Assembly (NCBI GenBank): GCA_050261175.1
Contig: JBLNDA010000100.1
Span: forward strand, 1,858 to 65,857
Origin: Clostridia bacterium
Lineage (GTDB): Bacteria; Bacillota; SHA-98; UBA4971
Direction: 5' to 3'
DNA length: 64,000 nt
In this document: positions 27,451 to 37,133 of the stretch, piece after piece
Layout of the letters: each line of letters starts with the position of its first letter
Numbering within the stretch: the stretch's first letter is position 1
The notes under the pieces: generated by a model
The model's input: only the letters and a program-made list of their open reading frames with translations
Databases searched by the model: none
Told to the model about the DNA's origin: nothing
Position numbers and translations under genes: made by a program

Positions 27451-29601
27451 GTGCCGCGCTACACTTCATCTGATGCCCTGCGCTGCGGAGTTCCCCTCGG
27501 CGGAATAGGCGCCGGCAAGATAGAGGTATTCCCCGACGGGACGCTCAACAACTTCACCATCTACAACAACTGGTCCCACCCGGTCAAGAACGCGAACGTC
27601 GGAAACCACTTCGCCATCTTCGCCGAGACGGAGACCGAGCGAAAGGCGGCCTTCCTGCAGACAGCGGCTATTGGCGGGCTTCCGACGGTCCAACACATCG
27701 ATTATCTGGGTCTATATCCCAGAGCCCGGCTGGAGTACGCAGATCCCGGCCTTCCGGTGTCTGTAACCTTGGACGCGTTTTCACCGGTCATACCCGGCGA
27801 CTACGAGGCGTCAGCGCTGCCGGTGGCGATCTTTCGGTTCACCGTTGCAAATCCTGGGGCATCGACCGCTCGCGTGTCCATCATGGCAACACACCTGAAC
27901 CGGTGCGGTCAGTGGGTGGTGGGCCGGAAGAACCGGGCGGAGCGCCTCGGGGACCTCCTCGGGGTCACCTTCGGAGTGGAGCGTGCGTTGCCCGACGACG
28001 TCACGGCAGGAGAGACGTGCCTCCTGGCAGCGACGCAAGGCGCGCGCAAATCCTGCCGTGTTCAATGGAACCTCAAAGAGGGCCAGCTCTTCCGCCTCAC
28101 CCCGGAGGATGAAGAGATAGAGCCGTGGCCGGAGTTTTCCGAGACCGGGCAGATATCAGAGGCAGGCGAGGGGTTCGAAGTGTCTGGCGAGCGGTACGAG
28201 CCGGCGGGCGCTGTGACGCAATCCCTGGAGGTCTCTCCTGGGGGCTCGGTCATTCTCGATTTCGTCCTCGCATGGCATATGCCCAACCATCACGTAGGCC
28301 ACGTTTATGAACGTCGCTTTCGCAGCGCAGCGGAGGTTGCCCTGCAGGTGGCGCCACGGGTGGACGAATTCCTCAGGGCGGTGACTTCGTGGCAGGATCT
28401 CGTAGTCAACACCTCAATGCCCGAGCCGCTGAAAGATGCGGTTCTCAACAACCTGTACCCCCTGACAAGTAACACGTGGTGGGGCCGCAACGGAGAGTTC
28501 GTCATGTACGAGGCGCCCGAAGTGTGCCCCCTCATGGATACCCTGGATGTACGGTATTACTCATCGGTCGCCACGGCCATGCTTTTTCCGAAGCTCGACA
28601 TGAAGGGGCTCGAGCAGTTCGCGAAGGCCCAGCGCCCATCGGGGTACATCCCCCACGATCTCGGAAGGAACAGGATAGACATGCCGAGCGACGGGACCAC
28701 GGCGCCCCCTCTCTGGAAAGACCTGTGTCCCAAATTCGTGCTTCAGGTATACAGGGACTTCATCTGGACGGGCGATGCGGATTGGGCGAGGAGCCTGTAC
28801 CCTGCAGCGAAGGCCGCGATGAAGTGGTCCCTCACAGCGGACAGGGATGGCGACGGCCTGCCGGACAACGAGGGTGCAGACCAGACCTTCGACAATTGGG
28901 TCTTAAAGGGGGCGAACTCCTACACGTCTTCGATATACCTTGCTGCATGCGCCGCAGCCGCCGAACTTGCGCGCGTCGCAGGCGATGAAGAGTTTGCATC
29001 CGAGTGCGACGCAAGACTGGAGGCTGGCAAGAGGACCTTTGTCGGGAAGCTCTGGACTGGCCGCTATTTCCGAGCGACAGAGGGGGACAACGCCTGCACC
29101 GCCGGACAGCTCAATGGCCTATGGTACGCGCACCTCGTCGGCCTGAGGCGCGCACTGTTGCCCGAAGACGAAGTGGGGTCGGCGGTCTCGGAGATGCTTA
29201 CCTGGAACGCCCGGGATTCCGCCTTTGGAGCCACAAACTCGATCCTGAACGGGGGCGAGAGGGACAAATCGAACATTCACTCCTCGAGCGTGTGGCCCGG
29301 GGAGTCTTATGCCCTCGCGTCCCTTGCCATATACGAGGGGCGCGTTCAGGACGGCATCGACCTTGCGCTCAAAGTATGGCGCAATTTCGCGAATGTACAA
29401 ATGAGCCCATGGGACCAGCCAGACGTCATCGACCCCGACACGGGAGCGAAAAGGTTCGGCGACAGGTACCTCCGAAACATGTGCGTCTGGGCGGTCATGC
29501 TCGCCCTTGCCCGTTCGATGCCCGACGTCGAAGAGGCGCTCCGCTGCCTGATGGATCGCGTTTTTGTGGCCCGGAAAGCAAACGACCGGTTGGAACGGTA
29601 G
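27451..29601 (+). CDS. GH116-family beta-glucosidase (GBA2-type)
   Basis: 716 aa. N-terminal GVPLGGIGAGKIEVFPDGTLNNFTIYNNW is the GBA2_N signature, and the C-terminal (alpha/alpha)6-type region has a DUF608-like length. GTG start with GGGAGGT upstream. No signal peptide. Confidence 0.75.
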   Translation: MPRYTSSDALRCGVPLGGIGAGKIEVFPDGTLNNFTIYNNWSHPVKNANVGNHFAIFAETETERKAAFLQTAAIGGLPTVQHIDYLGLYPRARLEYADPGLPVSVTLDAFSPVIPGDYEASALPVAIFRFTVANPGASTARVSIMATHLNRCGQWVVGRKNRAERLGDLLGVTFGVERALPDDVTAGETCLLAATQGARKSCRVQWNLKEGQLFRLTPEDEEIEPWPEFSETGQISEAGEGFEVSGERYEPAGAVTQSLEVSPGGSVILDFVLAWHMPNHHVGHVYERRFRSAAEVALQVAPRVDEFLRAVTSWQDLVVNTSMPEPLKDAVLNNLYPLTSNTWWGRNGEFVMYEAPEVCPLMDTLDVRYYSSVATAMLFPKLDMKGLEQFAKAQRPSGYIPHDLGRNRIDMPSDGTTAPPLWKDLCPKFVLQVYRDFIWTGDADWARSLYPAAKAAMKWSLTADRDGDGLPDNEGADQTFDNWVLKGANSYTSSIYLAACAAAAELARVAGDEEFASECDARLEAGKRTFVGKLWTGRYFRATEGDNACTAGQLNGLWYAHLVGLRRALLPEDEVGSAVSEMLTWNARDSAFGATNSILNGGERDKSNIHSSSVWPGESYALASLAIYEGRVQDGIDLALKVWRNFANVQMSPWDQPDVIDPDTGAKRFGDRYLRNMCVWAVMLALARSMPDVEEALRCLMDRVFVARKANDRLER

Positions 29602-29700
29602 GGTAGCATGGTTACGAATTGGTGTGAACCGGAAGCGTGATAGAAGATATGAAAAAGTTCCTCCAGCAAGGAGGAATCTGGTCTACGGAAACGAACGATC

Positions 29701-29724
29701 GCATTGGTTGAACCGGTCCAATGC
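29701..29724. promoter_or_regulatory. palindromic element GCATTGGTTGAACCGGTCCAATGC upstream of the LacI gene (operator candidate)
   Basis: The outer 7-bp arms GCATTGG/CCAATGC enclose TTGAACCGGT, which contains the same AACCGG core seen at 27336. It lies 90 nt upstream of the LacI start. Confidence 0.35.
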
Positions 29725-29813
29725 AACGACTGTCGATGATATCAAGGCGTTACTGTTAATGATAGGACCATATTGCGGGACTAGTTTAAGCAGCAAGAGC
29801 GAGGTTGATCTGG

Positions 29814-30857
29814 TTGGCGAACATTTCAGATGTTGCAAAAATGGCCGGTGTCTCCAAGGCCACGGTGTCCAGGGTTCTCAACGATCTGCCTGTGAGCCGA
29901 GAGACCCTCCTCAAGGTAACGCGCGCAATGCGCAAGCTGGACTACCACCCCAATGCCCAGGCCAGAGGGCTGACCCTGGGGCGGACAAACCTCATCGGGG
30001 TGCTTGTCCCGGGGCTCGACAGCCCCTTCTACTCGCCCATGCTCGACAGCATCGAGACCACCCTATCCCGGCACGGCTATCACATGGTGGTCTCGGGCGT
30101 TGGTCAGAACATCAAGAGAAGCGTAAGCTACGTCCACCTGCTGAGGGAGAAGAAGATCGACGGCGGCCTCATCCTTACGCCGAGGGATGTCGACGTTGCG
30201 GCCATCACAAAGCTGGCGTCCGACGGCTTTCCCATTGTCATCCTGGATGGAAGCATCGACGCCGACGTAAGCTGCGTCGTGGTGGACAACTTCAATGGGG
30301 GCCTTCAGGCCGCCCGCCATCTGCTTTCGCTCGGTCACACCCGCACTGCGATGATAGCCGGACCGGCCGACTTGCCGGAAAGCCGGGAGCGGATTCGCGG
30401 CTATGAGCATGCCCTGGAGGAAGCCGGGCTCACGCCCAACGTAATAGCCTGCGAGGACTACTCGGAGGAGTGCGGAAGGGCCGGAATCGAGGCCGCGCTT
30501 GCCCAGTCGCCGCGTCCGAGTGCGGTCTTCTGCGCGAGCGACATGATGGCGATCGGCGCCATGGAAGCCCTGGAGGAAAAGGGTTTGCGGGTCCCGGACG
30601 ACATGGCCGTCATCGGGTTCGACGACATCCGCGACGCGCATCTGGTGAGGCCGAGGCTCAGCACCGTCCACCAACCCATCGCCGAGATGGGAAGCATAGG
30701 CACGGGCAAGCTGCTTCGGCTCATCTCGGGGGAGGAAAAAGATTACACTCGCCTGGTCCTCAAGACGGAGCTCGTCGTGAGAGACTCCTGCGGCGCCAGG
30801 TCTGGCAGACCTGCTGGCCCAAAAGCGCAAACCGGTTCGCCTTTTCCCCAGGCGTGA
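29814..30857 (+). CDS. LacI-family transcriptional regulator
   Basis: The HTH is ANISDVAKMAGVSKATVSRVLN, followed by a periplasmic-binding-fold body. TTG start at 29814 with GAGG 9 nt upstream; the track start at 29805 leaves no SD spacing. Confidence 0.85.
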   Translation: MANISDVAKMAGVSKATVSRVLNDLPVSRETLLKVTRAMRKLDYHPNAQARGLTLGRTNLIGVLVPGLDSPFYSPMLDSIETTLSRHGYHMVVSGVGQNIKRSVSYVHLLREKKIDGGLILTPRDVDVAAITKLASDGFPIVILDGSIDADVSCVVVDNFNGGLQAARHLLSLGHTRTAMIAGPADLPESRERIRGYEHALEEAGLTPNVIACEDYSEECGRAGIEAALAQSPRPSAVFCASDMMAIGAMEALEEKGLRVPDDMAVIGFDDIRDAHLVRPRLSTVHQPIAEMGSIGTGKLLRLISGEEKDYTRLVLKTELVVRDSCGARSGRPAGPKAQTGSPFPQA

Positions 30858-31009
30858 CCGCGTTGGGTAACACGCCTAATCGCTCTTGCATCGGATGCCG
30901 GGCCAGGCAAGCGAAGAGGTGGTGATGTGGGGGGAGGAGCAGAGTCTGGTTATGTGCCCGGTCGTTCCCCTGGTCCAGTCTACTTCACATTGATAGGGAG
31001 GGAAAGGAC

Positions 31010-32275
31010 TTGAAGAGGATTTTAGTGCTGATGATTGTGCTGTCCCTTCTTGCCTCGTCCTCTGTCGCCCTCGGAGCAGCGAAGGAAAAGATCGTGGTCG
31101 GCGTCTTCCCCGACCTTGACACCGCGTACAAGGCTCTGCTCGACAAGTTCTACGCCAAGTACCCCGACATTGAGGTCGAGATCAAGTCGCTCGGTTATGC
31201 TGATCATCACAACAATCTCGTGACGACGTTGGCTGCCGGTTCCGGCGCACCGGACGTGGCAGCGGTTGAGATCGGGTACATCGCCAAGTTCGTCTCCAGC
31301 GGCGGCCTCGTGGACCTCCTCAAGAAGCCCTATGACGCCGGACGTTACAAAGATAAGGTCGTCCCGTATGCGTGGGCCCAAGCCACGTCGGATGACGACC
31401 GCCTGATCGCCATGCCCGTAGACATCGCACCAGGCTGCGCCTATTACCGCCGCGACATCTTTGCCCAGTTCAACACGAAGATCGAGGATATCAAGACCAT
31501 GGACGACCTCTTTGCCTTCGGCAAGAAGGTGACGAGGGACACCAACGGGGACGGGAAAGTGGATCGTTGGCTCATCCCGAACGCGGGTGATATCGCGACC
31601 ATGATCATAAGGACGGGTTCCTTCTTTGACGAGAAGGGCAACTGCCTCGTGGACACAGAGCGCTTCAAGACCGCGTTTATGTGGGCCAAGAAGTTCCGCG
31701 ACGCCGGGCTCGACGCGCAGATCGGCGCTTGGACAAACGAGTGGTACACCTGCTTCAAGGAAGGCCTGATCGCGTATCAGCCTTGCGGCGCCTGGCTGGG
31801 CGGCCATTTACAGAACTGGATGGCCCCTGAGACCAAGGGCAAATGGGGAGTGGCTCCCTTCCCAGCTCTGAAGCCTGGTGGACAACCGCTTCAGGTCAGT
31901 TGGGGCGGCACCTTCCTTGCTATTCCGGAGCAGAGCAAGAAGAAGGAGGCCGCGTGGAAGTTCATCGAGTTCGTCGCAACCGACACCGATGCCCAGATGA
32001 GCTCCTTCAAGACCACCAATGCCTTCCCGTCGTGGATGCCGGCTTGGACCAACGAATACTTCAAAGAGAAAATAGAGTTCCTGGCCGGCCAGCAGGCTAG
32101 GCTGCTCTGGATCGATCTCGCGAAGAAAACGCCTGCCATCGTGACCAACAAGTTCGATATTATCGCCAACGACCTCGTAAACGCCGCACTCACCACAGTC
32201 CTCAACGAGGGCAAGGACATCGATGAGGCCCTGAAGGAAGTAAAGACGCAGATTCAGCGGCGGACTGCAAGGTAG
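31010..32275 (+). CDS. extracellular solute-binding protein (family 1) of a carbohydrate ABC importer
   Basis: 421 aa with signal peptide MKRILVLMIVLSLLASSSVALGAAKE, which has no cysteine. The body is typical of a sugar SBP. TTG start after GGGAGGGAAAGGA. Confidence 0.85.
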   Translation: MKRILVLMIVLSLLASSSVALGAAKEKIVVGVFPDLDTAYKALLDKFYAKYPDIEVEIKSLGYADHHNNLVTTLAAGSGAPDVAAVEIGYIAKFVSSGGLVDLLKKPYDAGRYKDKVVPYAWAQATSDDDRLIAMPVDIAPGCAYYRRDIFAQFNTKIEDIKTMDDLFAFGKKVTRDTNGDGKVDRWLIPNAGDIATMIIRTGSFFDEKGNCLVDTERFKTAFMWAKKFRDAGLDAQIGAWTNEWYTCFKEGLIAYQPCGAWLGGHLQNWMAPETKGKWGVAPFPALKPGGQPLQVSWGGTFLAIPEQSKKKEAAWKFIEFVATDTDAQMSSFKTTNAFPSWMPAWTNEYFKEKIEFLAGQQARLLWIDLAKKTPAIVTNKFDIIANDLVNAALTTVLNEGKDIDEALKEVKTQIQRRTAR

Positions 32276-32311
32276 TCAGTGTAAGGGGGTAATAACGAGG
32301 GGAGGCCGGCT

Positions 32312-33307
32312 TTGGCTGACCTCCCCGTCTCGCTCAAGAAGGAGGTGGCAGTCTTGACAGCACAAGGCGCATATCGGCGAGTTCGTTGGCGCCAGAAGGC
32401 CGCTCCGTACGCGTTTATCTCCCCGTTCTTCATTCTTTTCCTGGTGTTCTCGGCATTCCCCCTGCTGTTCTCGCTGTACCTCAGCTTCCACTCGTGGAAT
32501 GGCATCGGGCCCATGAAATGCGTGGGCTTGAAGAACTATACCTACCTTCTGACGGACGATATCTTTTGGAAAGCGGTCGGCAACACAATCGTCCTGATGT
32601 TCGAGTCCGCGCTACCCCAACACATCCTGGCCCTGTTCTTTGCGTTCATCCTCAACGCCGGGCTCGTCAAGTTCAAGAACTTCTTTAAGGCCAGCCTGTT
32701 CTTGCCTTACTTAACCGCCTCGATTGCCGTATCCCTGCTCTTCAGGGCCTTGTTCAGCTACCGGATGGGCCTGCTCAACTATGCTCTCGCGCCTATCTTC
32801 CAATTCGCGCCGCTCAAGGCGTTGCTCGACGCCCTTCACGTCACCCTGCCGATCAACTGGCTGGGAAAGGCGGCATATGTGAAACCGTCGATCTCGATCC
32901 TGATCATCTGGCAATGGACCGGGTGGAACACCATCCTCTACCTCGCTGGCCTGCAGGCCATAGACACCGAGTACTATGACGCAGCGCGGGTGGACGGCGC
33001 CAACTGGCGGCAGATCTTCTTCCACATCACGCTCCCGCTCCTCCGGCCCATGATCCTGTTCGCGGTGACGCTGTCTATAATCGGAAGCATGCAGCTCTTC
33101 ACGGAACCTTTGATCCTGACTGACATGAACGGCGGCTCGAGCATGGCCGGGTATACGGTGGCCATGAACCTTTACCAGGTTGCTTTCGACTGGACCTACT
33201 TCGGTTCCGCGGCCGCAATTTCATGGGTCCTGTTCATCATGATCTTCGTCTTCTCCTTGATTAACCTGCGGTTCTTCAGGCAGGGACGACAGGAGGAAGC
33301 CGTGTGA
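32312..33307 (+). CDS. carbohydrate ABC transporter permease (MalF/UgpA type)
   Basis: Polytopic, with the EAA-loop region YDAARVDGANWRQIFFHITLPLLRP. An alternative TTG start at 32354 is preceded by GAAGGAGGTG. Confidence 0.85.
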   Translation: MADLPVSLKKEVAVLTAQGAYRRVRWRQKAAPYAFISPFFILFLVFSAFPLLFSLYLSFHSWNGIGPMKCVGLKNYTYLLTDDIFWKAVGNTIVLMFESALPQHILALFFAFILNAGLVKFKNFFKASLFLPYLTASIAVSLLFRALFSYRMGLLNYALAPIFQFAPLKALLDALHVTLPINWLGKAAYVKPSISILIIWQWTGWNTILYLAGLQAIDTEYYDAARVDGANWRQIFFHITLPLLRPMILFAVTLSIIGSMQLFTEPLILTDMNGGSSMAGYTVAMNLYQVAFDWTYFGSAAAISWVLFIMIFVFSLINLRFFRQGRQEEAV

Positions 33308-34182
33308 GTACCACGCCCGAGCTTCGTTGTTCCGTCAAACGCCGCCGGTCGCCGCGGTTGACGCTAGTGCTGACGAAGATCGCGCTCTATCTGCCCCTGG
33401 CGGTCGCAACTCTCGCCACCTTTTTTCCATTCTGGTACATGCTGGTGCTATCGACCAAGGACAAGAGCCACATTTTCTCATCGCCGCCCCCGATGTGGCC
33501 GAGCGGCGCGTTCGGGCTTAACTACCAGAGCCTTCTCTCTCAGGTTCCTTTCTGGCGGAACTTCTGGAACAGCCTCTACATCGCCAGTATTGGCACAATC
33601 CTTACGCTGTTCTTCTGCTCCCTGGCAGGGTTCGGCTTCGCGATGTACCGGTTCAGGGGACGGGAGCTTCTCTTTAAGTTGATGCTGGCAACGATCATGA
33701 TCCCAGGCTGGGTCATGATCATCCCAACGTTCATCCTGATGAAGGCGTTGGGCTGGTATAATACCCCGCGAGCGCTGTACCTCCCGGGCGCGGCCAGCGC
33801 CATGGGCATCTTCATGATGCGCCAGTATATCGGCAGCGCTATCCCAAGAGAGCTGATGGATAGCGCTCGCATGGACGGGTGCACGGAATTCGGGATCTAC
33901 ACGCGGATCGTCCTTCCGCTCATCAAACCGGCATTGGGGGCTCTTGGCATCATGTCCTTCGTCGGGCAGTGGAACTCCTTCGTGATGCCGCTCGTGATGC
34001 TCCGCGACAAGACCACTTTCACCGTGCCCGTAGCCCTGCGTTCCCTGCAAGGGCTTGCGTCCGTGGACTACGGAGCGGTCATGGTCGGATCGGTGATCAG
34101 CACTTTCCCGCTCATCATGGTGTTCATCTTTATGTCGAGACAGTTCATCTCCGGACTCACTCGAGGTGCGATGAAGGGGTAA
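33304..34182 (+). CDS. carbohydrate ABC transporter permease (MalG/UgpE type)
   Basis: EAA loop reads MDSARMDGCTEFGIYTRIVLPLIKP. Overlaps the upstream permease by 4 nt. No ATPase gene is present in the locus. Confidence 0.85.
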   Translation: MSTTPELRCSVKRRRSPRLTLVLTKIALYLPLAVATLATFFPFWYMLVLSTKDKSHIFSSPPPMWPSGAFGLNYQSLLSQVPFWRNFWNSLYIASIGTILTLFFCSLAGFGFAMYRFRGRELLFKLMLATIMIPGWVMIIPTFILMKALGWYNTPRALYLPGAASAMGIFMMRQYIGSAIPRELMDSARMDGCTEFGIYTRIVLPLIKPALGALGIMSFVGQWNSFVMPLVMLRDKTTFTVPVALRSLQGLASVDYGAVMVGSVISTFPLIMVFIFMSRQFISGLTRGAMKG

Positions 34183-34200
34183 AGGTGTGACGAAAGGATT

Positions 34201-37080
34201 ATGCTGACGCAAGCGAACGTCCAACCGATCCGACCGGTCGGCTGGCGGTTCAAGGACGATGACGGCTGTTTTGAGCTGGCCGACCCGCACAAAAGCAGCT
34301 GCTTGTACTTCCCGTTAGCCAACGAGGCTGGGATGATGTCCTCCATCACGCCCACCCTGCACGGCGATATCAAGACGGGCCAGCACACATTCCTGATGGC
34401 ACCGGTGTGTGCGGAGGACCTGCACAACTCGCGGTCCGCCCGGAATTTCTGGGTCTACATTCACGGCCATGGGGCATGGTCCGCCTCGGGAAACTCCTCC
34501 AGGCAGCTAGCCCAGCGCTTCTCCGGCGTTGAGGACGAGGTGATCATGGAAGGAGGTTTCCTCTGGCACAAAGTGACGCGCGTAAGCTCACAGCTGGGCG
34601 TGACCGCAGAGATGACGAACTTCGTCCCCGCCACCGATGACCGCGTGGAGTTGATGCGCGTCACTATCAGGAATACCGGCGACCGGCTACTTGCGATCAC
34701 TCCGACGGCCGCCATCCCGCTTTACTGCCGCTCGGCCGAAAACATCAGGGACCACCGGCACGTTACATCTCTTTTGCATCGGATATGGACCGTCCCCTGG
34801 GGCGTCGTGGTCTGCCCGACCCTTCGCTTCGATGAACGTGGGCATAGACCCAACTCAGTGGTGTACGGTGTGCTGGGAGCGGAGGAGGATGGCGAGCCGC
34901 CCGTCGGCTTTTTCCCCATCCTGTGGGACTTCATTGGCGAGGGTGGCTGCCTCGAGTGGCCGCAGGTGGTAGTCGAGAACCTGGGTAGCCGCCACCACGC
35001 TGGGGAGAGGCTGGAGGGGTATGAGGCAATAGGTGCCCTCAGGTTCAAGGACGTCGTCTTGACCCCAGGTAGCTGCAGATCGTATGTGCTTGCCATGGCC
35101 GTTTGCGACACCCGCGGGAGCAACGCCCGAGGAATCGAAGCTGCCAGGGGGAACACGGGTGAGAGCGACACCGGTGAGAGTAACGCTGGCGAAAGCGGTG
35201 CAGGCGAAAGCCCAGGCGCGGGAGCATGGACACTTGCGGCGATCGGTGCGATCGCAGAGAAATACTGCTCAGGCCGGAAGTTCGAGCGCCACCTCGAAGA
35301 GAGCAAAGCGTACTGGAAGGGCAAACTGGATCGTCTGGTGTTCGAGGAGAATGACCCTGACTTTAAATCCTGGATGAGATGGGTCACGCTCCAGCCGATG
35401 CTGCGCCGGATCTATGGTTGTTCTTTCCTGCCCCACCACGATTACGGCAAGGGCGGACGGGGCTGGCGCGACCTCTTCCAGGATTGCCTCGCCCTGCTCA
35501 TCCTGGAACCCGAGAAGGCAAGAGATCTGGTGCTGAACAGCTTCGCCGGCGTGAGAATAGACGGGAGCAACGCCACAATCATCGGCGCCGGGCCGGGAGA
35601 ATTCATGGCCGACAGGAACGATATCCCGCGCGTGTGGATGGATCACGGAGCATGGCCCCTCCTCGCCACCAAGCTTTATATCGACCTCAGCGGCGATATC
35701 CAGAGCCTTCTCCTGGAACGCCCTTACTTCAGGGACGGGCAACTGAACCGCGCTCGAAAGAGAGATCCCATGTGGAAGCCCGAGGACGGCCTCGCGCTAA
35801 AGCAGCACGATGGAAAACCTTACCTGGGGTCGATCGTAGAACACATCCTGGTCCAGCATCTGACTTCGTTCTTCAATGTTGGCGAGCACAACATGATCAG
35901 GCTCGAGGGAGCCGACTGGAACGACGCGCTCGACATGGCTTGCGAAAGGGGCGAAAGCGTGGCCTTCACGGCACTCTATGGCTCCAACCTGTCGGACATC
36001 GCCATGCTGCTACGTGAGTTGTCCAGGCGAGCCAGGGTGCATGAGATAGCCCTGGCGGCGGAGATGACCATGCTGCTCGACACCATCTTCGGCCCGATAG
36101 ACTACGATTCGGTCCGGGAGAAACAGGCTTTGCTGCAGTCTTACTTCGACGCGTGCGGAAACGGGATCACCGGGCGCAAAGTAAACGTTGGCCTTGACGC
36201 CATCGCCCGGGACCTCGAGAGGAAGGCCGTCTGGATACGGGAGCGCATCCGCGAGAAGGAATGGATCACGAGCGCCGAGGGGTTCTGGTGGTTCAACGGT
36301 TATTACGACAATGACGGGAAGAGGGTCGAGGGTGACCACCCCGGCGGGGTACGGATGACCCTGACCGGGCAAGTGTTCACTATCATGGGCGGGGTCGCTA
36401 CCGACGAGCAGGTGGGGCAGGTCGTTTCGGCGGTTGAGCGGTACCTTAAGGACCCGGTGTTGGGCGGCTACCGGTTGAACACTGATTTTCGCGGGGCCCA
36501 GCCGAAGATGGGCAGGTGCTTCGGGTTCGCATACGGTCACAAGGAAAACGGCGCCATGTTCAACCACATGGTGGTGATGTATGCGAACGCCCTGTACAAG
36601 CGGGGTTTCGTGAAGGAAGGACACGCGGTCCTGCGGTCAATCTACAGGCTGTGCAGGGACTTTACGGTAAGCCGCATCTACCCGGGGCTGCCGGAGTATT
36701 TCGACGCAAGAGGGCGGGGCATGTACCACTATCTTACGGGCTCGGCGAGTTGGCTCGTGTTCACGATGGTGAACGAGGTCTACGGGGTCAAAGGCAGGGT
36801 CGGGGACCTTGTGATCGAGCCAAAGCTTGTGGCGGAGGAGTTCACGGCCCGCGGAACGGCCGGGGTACGCCTCGTCTTTGCAGGCCGAAAGCTCCACGTT
36901 ACCTACCATAACCCCCTTGGGCTCTCATATGGAGAGTACGGTATCGAGCGGATCGCCATCGACGGCAGAGAGGTAGGGTTTGAACGGCTCGACGGCGGCA
37001 GGTCCGCGCTCGTCAGGAGGGCCGTTGTTGCCGACCTCGAGCCCGATTCCGAGCACGAACTCGAAGTGGATCTAGGCTGA
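34201..37080 (+). CDS. GH94-clan glycoside phosphorylase (candidate laminaribiose / beta-1,3-oligoglucan phosphorylase; GH94/GH149/GH161-like)
   Basis: 959 aa and cytoplasmic. IRLEGADWNDALDMA matches the catalytic DWND block of GH94-type phosphorylases. The (alpha/alpha)6 C-terminal half reads GHKENGAMFNHM. The substrate is inferred only from the adjacent GH81. Confidence 0.6.
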   Translation: MLTQANVQPIRPVGWRFKDDDGCFELADPHKSSCLYFPLANEAGMMSSITPTLHGDIKTGQHTFLMAPVCAEDLHNSRSARNFWVYIHGHGAWSASGNSSRQLAQRFSGVEDEVIMEGGFLWHKVTRVSSQLGVTAEMTNFVPATDDRVELMRVTIRNTGDRLLAITPTAAIPLYCRSAENIRDHRHVTSLLHRIWTVPWGVVVCPTLRFDERGHRPNSVVYGVLGAEEDGEPPVGFFPILWDFIGEGGCLEWPQVVVENLGSRHHAGERLEGYEAIGALRFKDVVLTPGSCRSYVLAMAVCDTRGSNARGIEAARGNTGESDTGESNAGESGAGESPGAGAWTLAAIGAIAEKYCSGRKFERHLEESKAYWKGKLDRLVFEENDPDFKSWMRWVTLQPMLRRIYGCSFLPHHDYGKGGRGWRDLFQDCLALLILEPEKARDLVLNSFAGVRIDGSNATIIGAGPGEFMADRNDIPRVWMDHGAWPLLATKLYIDLSGDIQSLLLERPYFRDGQLNRARKRDPMWKPEDGLALKQHDGKPYLGSIVEHILVQHLTSFFNVGEHNMIRLEGADWNDALDMACERGESVAFTALYGSNLSDIAMLLRELSRRARVHEIALAAEMTMLLDTIFGPIDYDSVREKQALLQSYFDACGNGITGRKVNVGLDAIARDLERKAVWIRERIREKEWITSAEGFWWFNGYYDNDGKRVEGDHPGGVRMTLTGQVFTIMGGVATDEQVGQVVSAVERYLKDPVLGGYRLNTDFRGAQPKMGRCFGFAYGHKENGAMFNHMVVMYANALYKRGFVKEGHAVLRSIYRLCRDFTVSRIYPGLPEYFDARGRGMYHYLTGSASWLVFTMVNEVYGVKGRVGDLVIEPKLVAEEFTARGTAGVRLVFAGRKLHVTYHNPLGLSYGEYGIERIAIDGREVGFERLDGGRSALVRRAVVADLEPDSEHELEVDLG
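35158..35217 (+). repeat. 4 x 15-nt in-frame tandem repeat encoding (G-E-S-x-x)4 inside the phosphorylase
   Basis: Units are GGTGAGAGCGACACC, GGTGAGAGTAACGCT, GGCGAAAGCGGTGCA and GGCGAAAGCCCAGGC, translating as GESDT GESNA GESGA GESPG. Confidence 0.8.
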
Positions 37081-37133
37081 GGGCTTCCCGGGTCGCTTCT
37101 CAGATCTCCGAATAACTCGATGATTCCGGAGGG

